Made by a program: the position numbers and the translations under genes
Source of the DNA: Marsupella aquatica
Lineage: Eukaryota; Plantae; Marchantiophyta
Assembly (NCBI GenBank): GCA_973895155.1
Contig: OZ316893.1
Coordinates: forward strand, 14,538,645 to 14,602,644
Length of the DNA stretch: 64,000 nucleotides
Direction of reading: 5' to 3'
In this document: one piece after another, positions 31,994 to 45,823 of the stretch
How positions within the stretch are numbered: position 1 is the first letter of the stretch
Layout of the letters: each line of letters begins with the position of its first letter
The notes under the pieces: generated by a model
Database searches by the model: none
What the model was told of the DNA's origin: nothing
The model's input: the letters and a program-made list of their open reading frames with translations, nothing else

Positions 31994-32472
31994 TGATTCT
32001 CCCCATTATTATCTCACCCTCAGGAGACTTTCTGTGACCCTCAGGACCAGAAGGTGCTCGTGGAGATGGTCAGTGACCGGATCAACTTGCCCCTAGACTT
32101 ACTCTAACCGTGCTGGAGGTAAAAATCACCGGGGGATGTTTCCGGTTAGTTTGACAATACATGGTCATCTTGGCTGTCAAGGTAACGTGAAGGTAGGACT
32201 TTAAAAGTCAATGCTGTGGTTGCTGACTCTTTACTGATTCTCCCCATTATTATCTCACCCTCAGGAGACTTTCTGTGACCCTCAGGACCAGAAGGTGCTC
32301 GTGGAGATGGTCAGTGACCGGATCAACTTGTCCCTAGACTTACTCTAACCGTGCTGGAGGTAAAAATCACCGGGGGATGTTTCCGGTTAGTTTGACAATA
32401 CATGGTCATCTTGGCTGTCAAGGTAACGTGAAGGTAGGACTTTAAAAGTCAATGCTGTGGTTGCTGACTCTT
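31994..32472. repeat. ~241-bp near-perfect tandem duplication
   Basis: TGATTCTCCCCATTATTATCTCACCCTCAGG...GTGGTTGCTGACTCTT occurs twice. Confidence 0.9.
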
Positions 32473-33977
32473 CACTTTTGTGAAAGACACACACGAGATG
32501 CACTGCAGGAGATCGTTTGTGAAAGACTCATACACTAGATGCACTGCTGGAGATCTTCGTGCTAGATGCCCGTAATGTGATGGAAAGTTAGTTTTAGTCT
32601 AGTCTGCAACTTACTCATCTTCCTCAGTATCTCTGTTTGGTAGAACTTGTCAAGCATGCAATCCTCTTGCAAGGTGACTGTCGTGCTGTACCCATAGATG
32701 TTTCATAGTTATATTGACGGTGGCCTGGGTGGCTTTGTTCGCCTTGAGTTAATCCTATGATCCGATACAGCTGGTATTGGGTTCAACAAATCGCCTTTCA
32801 AAAGGTTTGCTCCACAATCTTGTCTGTCTGTAATGCTTTTCACGATGCAGGTGGTTTCGCCCGGAGTGTAATCTAATGTGTTGTTTGAGCTCGACAGTAA
32901 GGTAACTCAGATGGGAGACTTCTAAACCCATGATTCCCGTTATGAACTAATCCATCTTGCTTCTCCGTATATAGAAACAGGCCGGGATTATCTATGGTAT
33001 ATTGCAACTCAAAGTAACGTTGGTTGCTGACATCTGGAAATTGAATTATTGTCACAATATGCAGGGTGCACTTTCATGGAAGAAATAGCAGCTCAACAAA
33101 AACTAACACGAAAGGTACAGAAAATGCAGACGAATCAGGAATCGTTCGGGATGTAGAAAGGGGAGATATTTACGAAAGTGAGTAAGGTGCATCATTTTAA
33201 GAGTTGTTGCAGTAACATAGGAACTGGTTTTGGTTGTGTGAAAGCGAGCGGTTACTACTGAAGAGGAGGCATTAGGGTCTGCCATTAAGTATTGACCTCC
33301 AGCAGATGGGTGAATCAATGGGATTCGAGCAGTATCCCAGGTGAAAACTTGAGAAAAGTTATTATTCAAGTTCATTATGTAGCAGTTGAATGTGAGAGAT
33401 CTGGCCAGAAAACAAGAAACTGATTTTCTGTAAGAGTTCTTACTTCTATCTATGGTAGCAGCATATTTTCGTCCTTGGTAGCCAGCTATTGCTCTGATCA
33501 ATGGTCACAAGGATCTATGGTAACCAAGGATCACAAGGGTCTATGGTAACCAGAGTTCATGGCAGCCAAGGATCGTAATGGTTGACAATTCCACTCAAGG
33601 AGATCAGAGAGTGGGAATAGTGACGGGGGAGACAGTTGGTTTTAGAGAATCACGAGTGAGTAGAAGCTACGGCAATATATAGTTGCTAAGAATCATGGCG
33701 ATTTATGATGGAATTCTGGGACAAAGAGGGTAGAGATGGATCGGGTTTGACTTGATGGGGCGACAGTGGGAAGAGGATCGATGGTCAACATAATCTGGCA
33801 TGTAGTTCGCAGGTTTTCTGACAATTCTTGGATGGTAAACTAGGACAAGAGTGGGCGGAGAAACATCAGATGCCTAAACAAATAGTCGACTACTGCTACA
33901 GTGGAACATGAAGGTATAGGAATTTCCAGACCTAAGAGCTGTTCCCCTTCTTTCAATTTGAATGAAGTTGGCTACAA

Positions 33978-34343
33978 CGGAAATCGATTTCCAGCTTAGG
34001 ATAGTTTCTCATTGCTAGGTCAAGTCTCCCAATCACTGTTTCGATTCAGAGTTCTAATATCTTAGATTGACAACCTTCAAAGATGCTTACAAGAGGACAT
34101 CATTGAGATCATTAGGTGCCGTCAATCAGGCAGTGTCTCTATGCATTCAATGAGCGAAACTGAAATCGATTTCCATGTTAGGATAGTTTCTCATTGCTAG
34201 GTCAAGTCTCCCAATCACTGCTTCGATTCAGAGTTCTAATATCATAAATTGACAACATTTAAAGATGCTTACGAGAGGACAATCATTGAGATTATTAGGT
34301 GCCGTCAATCAGGCAGTCTCTCGATGCATTCAATGAGCGAAAC
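33978..34343. repeat. ~183-bp diverged tandem duplication
   Basis: GAAATCGATTTCCA...GCATTCAATGAGCGAAAC occurs twice with several substitutions. Confidence 0.85.
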
Positions 34344-37300
34344 AATTAATAGGCAATGCTGCTGGGATTCAGCTGGACAGTTCCCCAGAGATGATAATGA
34401 TGACATTCAACATGATTCCGTCTCGTGGCATTCTGGCCATTGTACTAACTATCGTCTTGTTCGTCCTCGTGGCAGACGTTTTGTCAACTTTGCGAGACAT
34501 TTTTGAAGATGATCAGGATATGATAGTTCTGTTCGCGATATTTAAGTACATGTGTGCTGTCCCATTTCCGAACCTAGTCTCCTCAGATTTCTGTCATAAT
34601 GACTAGGAATTGTGGAGCTACTGCGGAAAATGTTTAGTTAGTAGTTAGGCAGTTAGGTAGCTGTTCGTTCCCTTTCTGAGCCTACACTTCAGTATATTGT
34701 TGAATCCTAATATATTCTTATAAATGCTTATGAAATTTCCACTACATATACTCACCTTGGGAAGCATTGCCCGTATTCTCTTCATTCATAGGTGGGTAAT
34801 CTCATGAATTAGAAATTGACCCTCTCCCAACACAAACAGCCTGTAGATATGGTGCGAAGGGTACAGCTTTATTGAAACCGAAAATGAAATCCTTTATGCC
34901 TCGCACTCTCTAGTATTGGCCAACATTGTCAACATTCTCCTCTACCGAACAGGTTTTTAAGACTGCGAATTTCTACAACACTCACGGTAGGAAGGGACAA
35001 CTACCACGCATATCCCGAGACATTGGATTAAGCGACAATCACCAGCCATAACCCGAGCCTTGAATTAATGTTCCAGACAATCCCGGATGTTCATAGTTTG
35101 TTAGTCGTGAAATTGTTTTTAAGCATCTCATTTGTCAATAATACAATTCAGCCATCTTTGGGCTTCTTCTGGAACCACTGTTGCTTCCTGCTGTTATCAC
35201 CGTCTCGTTTCTTTATGCTGTCTTGTTCTTTCATCCTTTTTCGTATCGTTCATGAAGATTGTTTCTTCATGCTCTTTCGTCTTCTTCATGAAGTTTGACG
35301 ATAGATATGTGAACCATTTTTTCACAAAATTCTGAGTATGTTACTTTTTATTTTTCTTGCAAAATCAAAAGCACTATGCGAGTGCCTTCTAGCAGTCTAA
35401 TACCACTTGGGCCTAGTTGCCATGAGGAGCACTTAGCCAAGTGTCTTTTTGTACATCATTTTCAAGCGAGTCCTATGCAAAGGGAGCTGCAAACAAAGGC
35501 ACATCACCTCTCTCAATCAACTACTTCGAAAAATTCGGCTGCTTTAATCTTACAATTTGGTTTTCAGCCTGAAATGAAGAAAAATTAGAAGAATATCGTG
35601 TACAAAGGACGGGGACAGTTCAGAAACATTCATAGAAAGGAAAGCGTGATTGGCAAATTGGATTTCGAGACAAAAACGTTGGGTATAGGCAAAAGTTCCG
35701 CAAGTGCCTCCTGGAATTACACGTAAAGATGCTGAATTTATAAAAGTAACGGTTCAAGTGAACAACGGGCACCAATCTTTGAGGCTTTGTAGGTTTACAG
35801 TTTCACCATCTCTCGGGCGCGGAACGTAGCGATTCTTGGCTCGATCCAAAGCTGACTTAATCCTCTTTCTTTTTTGCCTTGAAAAGCCTAGAGCAGACCC
35901 ATCCTCTTTCTTTTGAGCTATGGTGTGTCCTCAGAAGTTCACTAATTGGGAAAAAATATCACTCACAAGGTATCGACAGAAAATTGATGGATGTTTCGCC
36001 TGATGGACATTTAACTGACGGAACCTCATTGAATTCCGTGACTCACGGCTCTGACGGGAAACCCATGACCCTTGGAGATGGTAAACTCATCGACGGTCCT
36101 AACTTTGACACGTCCTCCTACTCCATATTGTAGTGCATAGTTTTTGGAAAGTGAGATAGGTGTATGCTTGATGGCCCCCAAAAATGAAAAATGGTTCTTG
36201 ATGTGACCTGAGTGACCCAGAAATTGATAGACCTTAAATCAACATACCAAAATTTTAATTTAGGGCAAGAATGTACAGTTTGTGTAACCAGTCATGAGAC
36301 TACTCACGGACACAGAGGCCACTTATCATAAGTGCAAATTTTAGCCAGTACATCAGATCCGTCTTCCCCAGAGTGTGCACTAGGAGACACTTAACTTTGC
36401 TTGCGTTGCATCTGATATACAATGCAGGTACAGTGTCCTCACATCTGTACTCCCCCCTCCCCTTCGTACTCATATGAAATGAGTACACAGCAAAAATGTA
36501 TGGTTTTATGAAATAACAAATGGGTTGGGGGACCAAAACTAAAGTCTTGATCATGTGTAATATGTTGACAATATTTTTCTTTCACTTTGTACATTGTAAT
36601 TTCTTTTGTGTATTTATTACACAATGATATTTTTTACATAACACATTGTTTGTGGAACAAATTTTCTTTTTGGAAAGAGCATTCTTTATAGAACGACATC
36701 TTTAATGTAATTGTCGTAACCCAAAGGTTAGGTCAACATCCAACCCTAGTTAGGGGATTAAGGTAATTACTATAACTACCACTACATCTATACCTAGGGA
36801 GGTATTAGTAAACCTCCATGAATGGATGAACTTTGATCATGAATGGATGAACTTTCATTGTTGGAGTACTTGACATTTTTTCTCCTAATAATTATCTCCA
36901 CCCTCTCAACAATAATGACATTTTTTACAAAACAACATTTTCTATACAAAGTACCTTTTTGTGCAATGACATCTCCTATACAAGTGACGGGTCTTTAACT
37001 TTAAAGTAATGACATCTTTTTCTCAAATGACTTTTTTTTTTAAACAACACTTTCTATAAAATGTACAGTTTTTGTGCAGTGACATCTTCTATGCAAGTCA
37101 CAGGTTGTATTGAGCTAGTAGCCTCATAATTTTTGGGGACACAACCTTTTCTTTCCAAGAGTGTGTACGTGAGCCTTCTGTTTTTTAGATACTGGAATAT
37201 ACAGAGGATAAACGTGTATCGTTGCGTAGAACATCCTCAGCATCCATTCAGTCGAGTCCTTCTCAAATCTCCACATCTGGGCCGTCCAAGACCACTTGTT

Positions 37301-38054
37301 GGATATTCCCCGTCATATCCCTCTGCAGTCTGCATCGTACGACACCCGCGGTCCCGTGCCCGTCATTCATACCCGTCCGGTGCTCGGAAGGGGGAGAATC
37401 TTCCCACTCCCGTCACTTCGATCGAACGGTCATGTGATACGCTCACGACATGGCGCTGTCTATGACCGTTCAATTGCAGTACCTTTTTCGTTCCCCTCCC
37501 GTCACCGCATCACGCATCAAAGTATCAAACCTTAATTAATCAATTCTACCTCGTAATTGGTACCTTAATTAAGATTAGACAGTGAAACAGGAAACCTCGA
37601 AAGGCGAAAAGTAATTGATTGTTCGGTACGTTGTTTAGTAATCACCGTTTCAAAGGAAGATAGACGAAATGCTCGTTCACGACTTTCTGAACTGCGAGCA
37701 CGGAGGCTTTACGAATTCCATGCCGATCCTACGGATATGGTGGTTACGGGAACGATCTCGACCTCCGAAAAGCCTGGACATGAAATGTCGCGAGGACGAC
37801 GAAAAGCAATCACTGTAGCGCGTTGAGCGAGTCCGTGGCGTGCGCTGAAACGACACAGTATGGTGAACTACAGGACGAGAGACGGCCAACGCCGTCCGTC
37901 CGGAGTGTTCAATTCTCTCGAACAATTTCTTGCCACAGTGCTCGTTCGGGCTTCTAGGCAACGTTGGGTCCGAGACTTTGACGTCAAAACGAAGTTCATT
38001 CTCGGAGAACTTCGCTTCTCGAACCGGAGGAGAGGAGATAGTTGAGGAAATCCA

Positions 38055-38858
38055 ATGGGACAAGACAAGATGAGGAGAGCAGGAGGAGGAGCGGTGAGAC
38101 TGGCTGTTTTGGCTCTGTTGTTTGGCGTAATTTATGGTTTCCAAATCGCCGTGGAGGTCGAGGAGCAGCAGCAGAAGGAGGAGTTCGAGTCACACCTCGA
38201 GCTTGCAACACACGCGGGTGAGGAGAAGGTCGGAGATGAACAGGCCACGGCGTTCGACTACTTCATACTCGCTATGCAGTGGCCCGGGACGTACTGCAAG
38301 CAATCTGGGACGTGCTGTGAGAAGGTCGAAACGCCAGCGACCTTCACCGTGCACGGGTTGTGGCCGGAGAACAACGATGGATCCTATCCGGAATGCTGCA
38401 GCGGGCCGGGATTCGATCAGGCCAAAGTCGATGAGTTGGAGGACCTTCTCCAGCAGTATTGGCCGACGATGAGCTGCTCGTCTCCAACGCAGTGCAGTGG
38501 AAAGAAGACCGGCTCATTCTGGCAGCACGAGTGGGAAACGCACGGCACATGTTCGTACCCCATCATTCCCGATGAGGCGACCTACTTCACGGTCGGGCTC
38601 AACCTCCGCTTGAAGTATGACATATTGAAAATTCTAACTGATGCTGGCTTTCCGCCGAGCAGTTCCAAGACGTACCAAACCAGTAAACTCGCTGCTGCCA
38701 TCAAGTCTGCCGTCGGTGGCAGCCCGGTTTTCTCGTGCAAAAGCAAGCAGATCAACGAAATTTGGATTTGTTTTACGAAGGACTTGAAGATTCGGAACTG
38801 TGGGGCAAGCTCGAACAGCTGCCCAAATCAAATCAGCATTCCCCTTTTCACAAATTAG
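38055..38858 (+). CDS. Ribonuclease T2, class II (RNS2-like), single exon, 267 aa, N-terminal signal/anchor
   Basis: FDYFILAMQWPGTYC; CAS I FTVHGLWP; CAS II FWQHEWETHGTC; class II Cys pattern YWPTMSCSSPTQCSG. Hydrophobic N-terminal stretch LAVLALLFGVIYGF. Confidence 0.92.
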   Translation: MGQDKMRRAGGGAVRLAVLALLFGVIYGFQIAVEVEEQQQKEEFESHLELATHAGEEKVGDEQATAFDYFILAMQWPGTYCKQSGTCCEKVETPATFTVHGLWPENNDGSYPECCSGPGFDQAKVDELEDLLQQYWPTMSCSSPTQCSGKKTGSFWQHEWETHGTCSYPIIPDEATYFTVGLNLRLKYDILKILTDAGFPPSSSKTYQTSKLAAAIKSAVGGSPVFSCKSKQINEIWICFTKDLKIRNCGASSNSCPNQISIPLFTN

Positions 38859-39751
38859 ATCAGACAGTTTCTGATAGTCAGGGGCGTGATTCACTCAATC
38901 ACACTTGCCCAGCTACAGCTGCAAGTCATGTCTGGCATCATTACGGTAAATTCAGTCTCCCATTTCATAGCAATGCTGCAGTTAGAAATATTGTAGGTCC
39001 AGTAATTTCAGCACATTTGTGGGTGCACATGTTTCAGGAGCAGGTGATGGGCTAGAAAGTTTACTTGATTCGAGAAGTCTTTTCAGGTGCTTTCAAGATG
39101 ACTTAGTAGAAAAACAAGTCGAAGGGCACGTCAAGAAGTCTCTACAAACATGAAATAAACAGTGAACGAGATTCAATAACACCGGATTCTGTTCAAGATT
39201 GAGCTTCCCCCATTTTCAAAATGTCCTCAGATGTACCTCCTACTGTTGTCGTTCGTGGTCGCAATTACATCTTTCTCAACCCACAAACCTGAAATTCAGT
39301 TTCTGATGATCATTTTCGTTCACGTTCGTCTGAAAGCACGTACTCAAACATTCTAGTCAGATAAGGAAGGTTAGATGCGTTTGCCCACTTTCATTGGCAA
39401 CGAGAGGTTTTCTTCTTTTCTCTCATTGGCAATGAGAGGCATTCTGATCACGTAGAAATTATATTCAATTCAAGGTCAGGGAGGACGATAATCTGCTATC
39501 GGGTTGCAATCATTGTAATTGGTCCGTCGGCTAAGAGGGTGACCTAGTTTGTTGCATGATCTTGGGAAACTTTGCATGAGGATGATGACTGCCTCCAAAT
39601 TAAGGACAGTGCTCACCATCATGTTCGATGGTTGGTGCAAAATCCTGGGGAGGTTCCTCGATAGTAATGGGGGACCTCTCATTTGTAAGCAGTGGTGACC
39701 AAGTGATACACCTGTGTCTAGCACCTCCGGTGGTCCTATCCCGTTTCGAAT

Positions 39752-40004
39752 CTTAATCGAACGACATTACATCGGTACACTTTTGAAGATCAGGAAAACC
39801 CAATCTAGGGTCTTGTCCATGTCAATCCGGCCACGTTTGATTTGCGTCCTTCTAGGATGGTGATACCAAATATAGGGCTTAATCGAACGACATTACATCG
39901 GTACACTTTTGAAGACCAGGAAAACCCAATCTAGGGTCTTGTCCATGTCAATCCGGCCACGTTTGATTTGCGTCCTTCTAGGATGGTGATACCAAATATA
40001 GGGC
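39752..40004. repeat. ~126-bp near-perfect tandem duplication
   Basis: CTTAATCGAACGACATTACATCGG...GATACCAAATATAGGG occurs twice. Confidence 0.9.
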
Positions 40005-40340
40005 TGTATCCGATTAAAACTCAAGAGACAACACATGCACATTGGAAGACAGTCAGACCCACTCAAATGGAAAAACGGTATTCCGCGATTCAACACGTAC
40101 AAGCTCCGACGAAGCAACATTGCATTGACATAGTATGTACAGCTTTCTGACGATCCTCATACCCAGTCTAGGGTCACATGATTTCATCAAATATCACTTA
40201 ATGTACATACTCCCAAAGAGATCATATTTGGGGACATAAAGCCGAAGGAGAAAGAACTCAGCGACGTACATGACAAAAAAACCTGCCATACTCAGTCAAA
40301 CTGCTTCGCTGCCTAACCTGAAGTTTTCTGGTACAAAATT

Positions 40341-43300
40341 TTAAAGAATCTGCTGCAGGTCTGCATCTTGGCGAGCGAGCTCAAGCAACATAGGATCATC
40401 GAAAAACTTGTTGATACTCACATCTTCACTCATACCCTGCAATGATATCAAGACATGCGATATTAAGTCCATACTTACCTCATCATGTGTGTGGGTTCCA
40501 ATACAAGTCTTGCAGTAGGATAGCCATGCAATTCTTGTGTCAAATTTTCATTAAAGGACCAGAATTCGCAAGGACAGCAAGCCCTGAATTTTTGTAGAAT
40601 TTTCAATCCTTTACTACTGTTGGAAGTGAAGCGTAAGCCATACCTTTCGCCGCCTTGTTTTCACCATGAATTCACGGGCCAGATGTTGCACTGGAGCTGG
40701 TTCCAAGGGACGAAGTACCACCGACTTATCAAGAGGATCACCTGGTACATTTGACCAGTGATCGAAAACACACAAGCAGAAAGCCTGCCCTTGCGTGTGA
40801 TACCGAAGATCAGTCTCAAACCCAAAAGACTCGATGACGGGCAAAAAGGCCTGCACAAGTGGAACATCTCTTTAAGGGCTGTCTGTTCAATTAAAGAAAT
40901 TTAAAAATACCTCGCTATTAACTACTCACGAAAGGTCACTGATGTCCAATGTTTAGCCCACAATCTCTTGACAAGGAGCGGCAAAACCTATTTGAGACGA
41001 TATACAGACGTATATCTATGAACTCCTCAGCTTGGAACGGGCAGCTCAATTGTTACTCCGAGAGTCTACATACCTTCACGATATAAGCAGGAGTGCCTGG
41101 CTTCGGAACATCGGCTGTGACATGTCCACGCCTTCTTGACAGTACAGCATATATTGCTGACATGCAGTCCGCTGGGGTTTGTATCTGCTCATCCAAAACA
41201 CACTATGTCAACAGCCTTCTTCTCTGATAAAAGAGGTAAGATCGCTAAGCCAGTTCGTATCCCTAAACGGCTATTTCAAAGTTATCTGATTCCATGCGCC
41301 CCCCCCCCCCCAGAAGGAATTACCTCTACATAGTAGACTGGTTCCATGAGGCGAGGCGTAGCCATAAGAAAGGCTGAATAGGCAACACGCCTAGATGTAG
41401 GAATGATCTGACCACCACCACGATGTAGAGGTTCCTGAGCAATAGTGGCGTCCAAAATCTTGAACTTCACATTTCGAATGGGCTCATCACAAAGTGGTCC
41501 CTCGCGTGCACCCCACTGAAACCTGTCAATCAATCAGGTCATATTTCAGTCAAGACCGTGGGAACTAGACGGGTGGCGATACTTAAAACACCAACGAAGT
41601 TTTGGATGGACTTCAAGACATACATTCTCGACGCCTAATGGTCATGTACGGTAAGCTATCAATCAACGTCAGAATATTGAATCAGGCAACGATAAGATCT
41701 ACCCAAGATATACTATGGACCAGACTAGGTCCAATCATCTTATTTCCGCTCATCAGACTATTTTTTTGCAACTCCAAGGAAATTTCGAACCCAGAGTTTT
41801 TGTCATGAGAGGTGTAACAGATAAAATACCTTGCCCCATCCTAAGCGACCACTGTCCCATAATAAGACTACAAGAACTCTTGGATGACATTATATGCAGA
41901 CACGACCATGCAAAACAGCTGGAAACACTCACCCTTGTACAATTGAATCCTTCACAGCTGAAAGTAAGCCTTTGTCTACCTCACTAGGAAGGGTATCGTC
42001 CAGAAGAATGTTCGGACCCTGGAATCACCACTCCAAACTCTCAAAAGCTAGGACTACATTACAAAACGCAATCCAATACACTGAACTTATCAAAAACGAC
42101 ATTTTGCAGCAGAGTGACCATACATGTCTTCCTCTTAACTTACAATCGTGCTCCAATCAACAACTCCATAAAATGAAAGCATGAATCTCTACGATCAAGT
42201 ACCAGAAACAATATCAGCGAACCCTGTCAAACTCTCCCCCCTTCAGTCGGATAACTCTCAAGATAAAATACCTGCTTATCTGGACCAAAGGCCCAAATGG
42301 AACGTGCGGCAAGAAGATCCCAATCATACTTATTCTGGAAGAAGTCACCCAGTCTTTTCCGTGGCCAGTCAATGCTCACAATCCCACTCTCAATATCTTC
42401 TGCCAAACCCTTCTCTAAAGGCTCAGCTATCTGCAACGGTAAGTCTGAGTCAGCAGCGAGATAGAGCATAAATCCTTCCATATTTGGCAGTCCATACATG
42501 GAAAGTTATGACGATTTGATTACACAGAATTTCAGCCACTTGGACTTACAGTAGTCTTTCTTGTATAGAGGTCCAGAAGACTCACCATTGTTAGCTTATT
42601 CTTCTTGTTTGGAGTCTCAGCAAAACACTTCAGAGAGGATGTCTCCACCACCGTCTCACAAAATGATACTACAGGATCTGCTACCTGGTCAAGACCATTC
42701 AACGCGTACAAGCACACTTAGCATCTTACACATTTTCAGCTGATCCAAACTCGTGGGAAAGCAAGTCCTCCATCTAAAAAGGAAGACGACACGCTTTTAT
42801 AAACAGCTCACCTTGACTTCAACTTCCGAATACAGCTCGCGGAGATCTTTCATTATTGAGTCCAGAAAGATTTCACCTGTTCCAAGTATGGTATGCTCCC
42901 CAGACTCCTCCACTTTGGTGATAGCTAGAGGGTAGCTCTTACTAATTTTACGTAGCCCTTCAACCATCTTCGGCAATTCACTGGGATTGAGCGGTTCAGT
43001 GGCCGTTTTAACAACAGAGAGAGTATTGAACTGAAGAGGTTTGAATATGTACACGTCCTCATCTAAAAATTCAGGACACAGGGTGGCCGTCTTTGTGATG
43101 GAAGCATCCACTCCTTCAATTAGAACCCATGATCCAGCTGGAGCCTGACTTACAGGAATCCTGTAACGGGCCTGATAAACCCAGAGTTTTGTCACTTCTT
43201 TGACAGCCATATCTTCCTCATCGTCGGGGGAATAGCCTTCTCCAAGTACCCGCACCGATTGACCTGTGTAGATGGTACCACTAAGAACTCTTCCGAAGGA

Positions 43301-45823
43301 GTCAAAGACACTACAATCAGCCTTTGGGTATAACTTGGTAACGTTGACCATTAAAGGACCCTTTGAATTACATTCTTTCATAGATTGGGCCAAAGGAGTA
43401 TCCTGTATACCAGTATAGGTATGCTCAACTCTGACTGATGCAGCATCCTTTGCTGAAGGTACGTGCTCCACCAACATGTCAGTAAATCCAGTAGTTCCCC
43501 CAAAAACAGAACTACACGCCAGTTTTAGTAGAGGCTTCACATTTAGCTTGTAAGCTGCATTACTTAAGGTAACACCAAGCTCAGCTAATGTCATTTCCAC
43601 ACTCTTTCTATGCTCTCCAATGACCTGGCTGTAAATCTTATACAACGGCTCCAGGATAAACTGAACAAAGGATCTCTCTCCACCATTAGGAGGTGGCTTC
43701 CGCTTGAAAGATCTCGAGTCGGGGTGATAGTATAAATCTCCCCACAATCGGCTGGCAAACTTGGCTGCATCAAAGGGAATACCATGCAACTTCACATAAA
43801 GTTTGGCAAAAGACAAAAGGGTAAACGACCAGCCAGCTGTCGCACTGGCGAAGCAAACGTTTCCTAAAACTGGGTCTACCACTACTGGCTCTCCGTTGCC
43901 TGCATAAGTGGCAAGAAGTCCATTTATCTCCTCTAATGTGTGACGAAGCTTATGGTACGCATCTGTTGGCGGCAACTTCAGCTCAGTTATTAGCCTGTCG
44001 ACCTGTCATAGAATTCAGTCCATCGAATCAGAAAAATACAATCCGCAGAAATAGCACATCTCCTTTATCAGACGTACAATTGCAGCCACCCAATTCATCC
44101 CGAAAGTATTTCCAACCCCTCATCCTTCATACCTTACATTTGAGCGACAAAAAAGAATGGCCCAAAACATGAACCAAAATGCACCTTATTAATCACCACC
44201 ACAATTGGCAACCTGTCCTGCATGGCGTGTCTGATTGATCTTTCCGTATTCACCTGCAACATCACGTCCCAGGAAATCAAATGCAGAAATTGACCGTCAT
44301 GCCACCCGTATTTCATAAGAAGAGTTTCGTACTAGGATAATAACACGATACCAACATTTGATATACAGCTCACTAAGATTGAGTAGTAAGTGCCTTGGAC
44401 ATAAACTTTGCATGCGGTAAAACTCCACTGAAAAACCGAAAACTTCAAGACTGTACACAACTTTCCAAAGCAAGCACCACAAGCAGAGCTAGACTTGAAA
44501 ATCCAAGATTACTAGATATATCGTTACAAAAAACATACCATGACACCTTCCACGGCATCGACAACTAGGACCACACCATCCACCAACCGCAAAGCAGCAG
44601 TCATTTCGTCCGAGAAGTTGACATGGCCAGGGGTATCGATTATGTTACAGAGATAAGATTTGCCAGTGCTGTTCTCCAAGACCAATGACATGGGTATCGA
44701 CTTGATTGAAATTTGACGCTCCTGTTCGTCAATTCGGGTGTCCGTGTATCTCAGATGCTTTTCACTATTTGGATCCAGAGTCTTGATTTCATGTGTCTGC
44801 TCAACGAGCATGTCCATAATTAGGGTCTTTCCATGGTGGAGATGCCCAATGAGTGCCACATTTCTCACAAGAGCAGGGTTTCCCATCAATCCCAGCATAA
44901 AATCTGTCTGAACATAAGTCGATAGCCCATCTCTAGCCGCAACTTCGAAGTTCTTTGCTTTGATGGGTTTGATGATGGGCTCCTCCAGAGGCTGAGCGTC
45001 TTCATCCATAACCAATGTTTCCACTCCCTCCCCATAGACCTAATCAATCCAACAGCCGCATTAGAGTTCAAGACTGCCATGCGAGAGCCACATTATCGTG
45101 GCTCTCAGTGAAAAGTAAACCCTAACTTTATGCTTTAAGAAGGTTTCCAGCCTTATGAGATGCCATCCATTTGCCCAATCACAATCCTCTCTATTTGCCA
45201 TCCCAAGTGTCCAGAAGAGTGACGGAAGATATGCCAGCGCTCAAAATAACATCGGCCGAACACTCTTCCCAATTTCATAAAACTTGCCTGTGGTCTAGCT
45301 ATGCTCACAGTAAAACAATGCACTTATGCCGTGGCGAAGTTTTTAGAACTGTGGGCGAGAAGGTCAATTTGGTGAAGAGCAACACTGGTGATAATGGAAA
45401 TTCAGAATGCAGAACAGAACATAAAAGATCACCACAGTTTGTGGTGAGTGCTTAAGCGGAACTCTCCCTCGCCACAATGTAAAATACGCAACTCGATGAA
45501 CTCGGAGCTCAAATGTACTAAAATTCAGGCTCGAGCTGCTCAAAGGGGAAAGTATTGCGTAGTACCTCCATGGCAGTGGGATAATATTTCTTATCCTCTG
45601 CCAATACAACAGCCCCGTCCGTATCCATATCGTCATCGTTAACATGCCCGTCTGGCTCGACATTGGCCAGCCACGCCTCGTCTCCATCGGTGAGACCATT
45701 CATATCCGGCCTGCCTAAGCCTCCTCGCTCATCTTCCTCCTCCTCCGCCTCCGACTCGTCCTCATCGGAATCGATTTCAGGTCCGATGTAGTTCCCGAAC
45801 TCGTCATACAAAGTCTCATCCAT
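40341..45823 (-). CDS. SNU114: U5 snRNP 116-kDa GTPase SNU114/EFTUD2 (plant CLOTHO/GFA1), multi-exon
   Basis: Acidic N-terminus [17 protein letters not shown]-domain motifs [19 protein letters not shown] and INK(VD). EF-2-like domains [27 protein letters not shown] and [10 protein letters not shown]-terminus [25 protein letters not shown]...QDADLQQIL*. The splice junctions checked are GT-AG. Confidence 0.96.

Noticed and set aside
36570-37118. AT-rich segment ending in a GTGAC...GTCAC hairpin plus CTAGT, a possible plus-strand Helitron
   Set aside because: Weak stem, no second copy in the window, and no identifiable 5' end.
40341-45823. Functional link between SNU114 (shared by both spliceosomes) and the nearby U12-intron gene
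   Set aside because: The genes are over 33 kb apart in a eukaryotic genome. There is no evidence beyond proximity.
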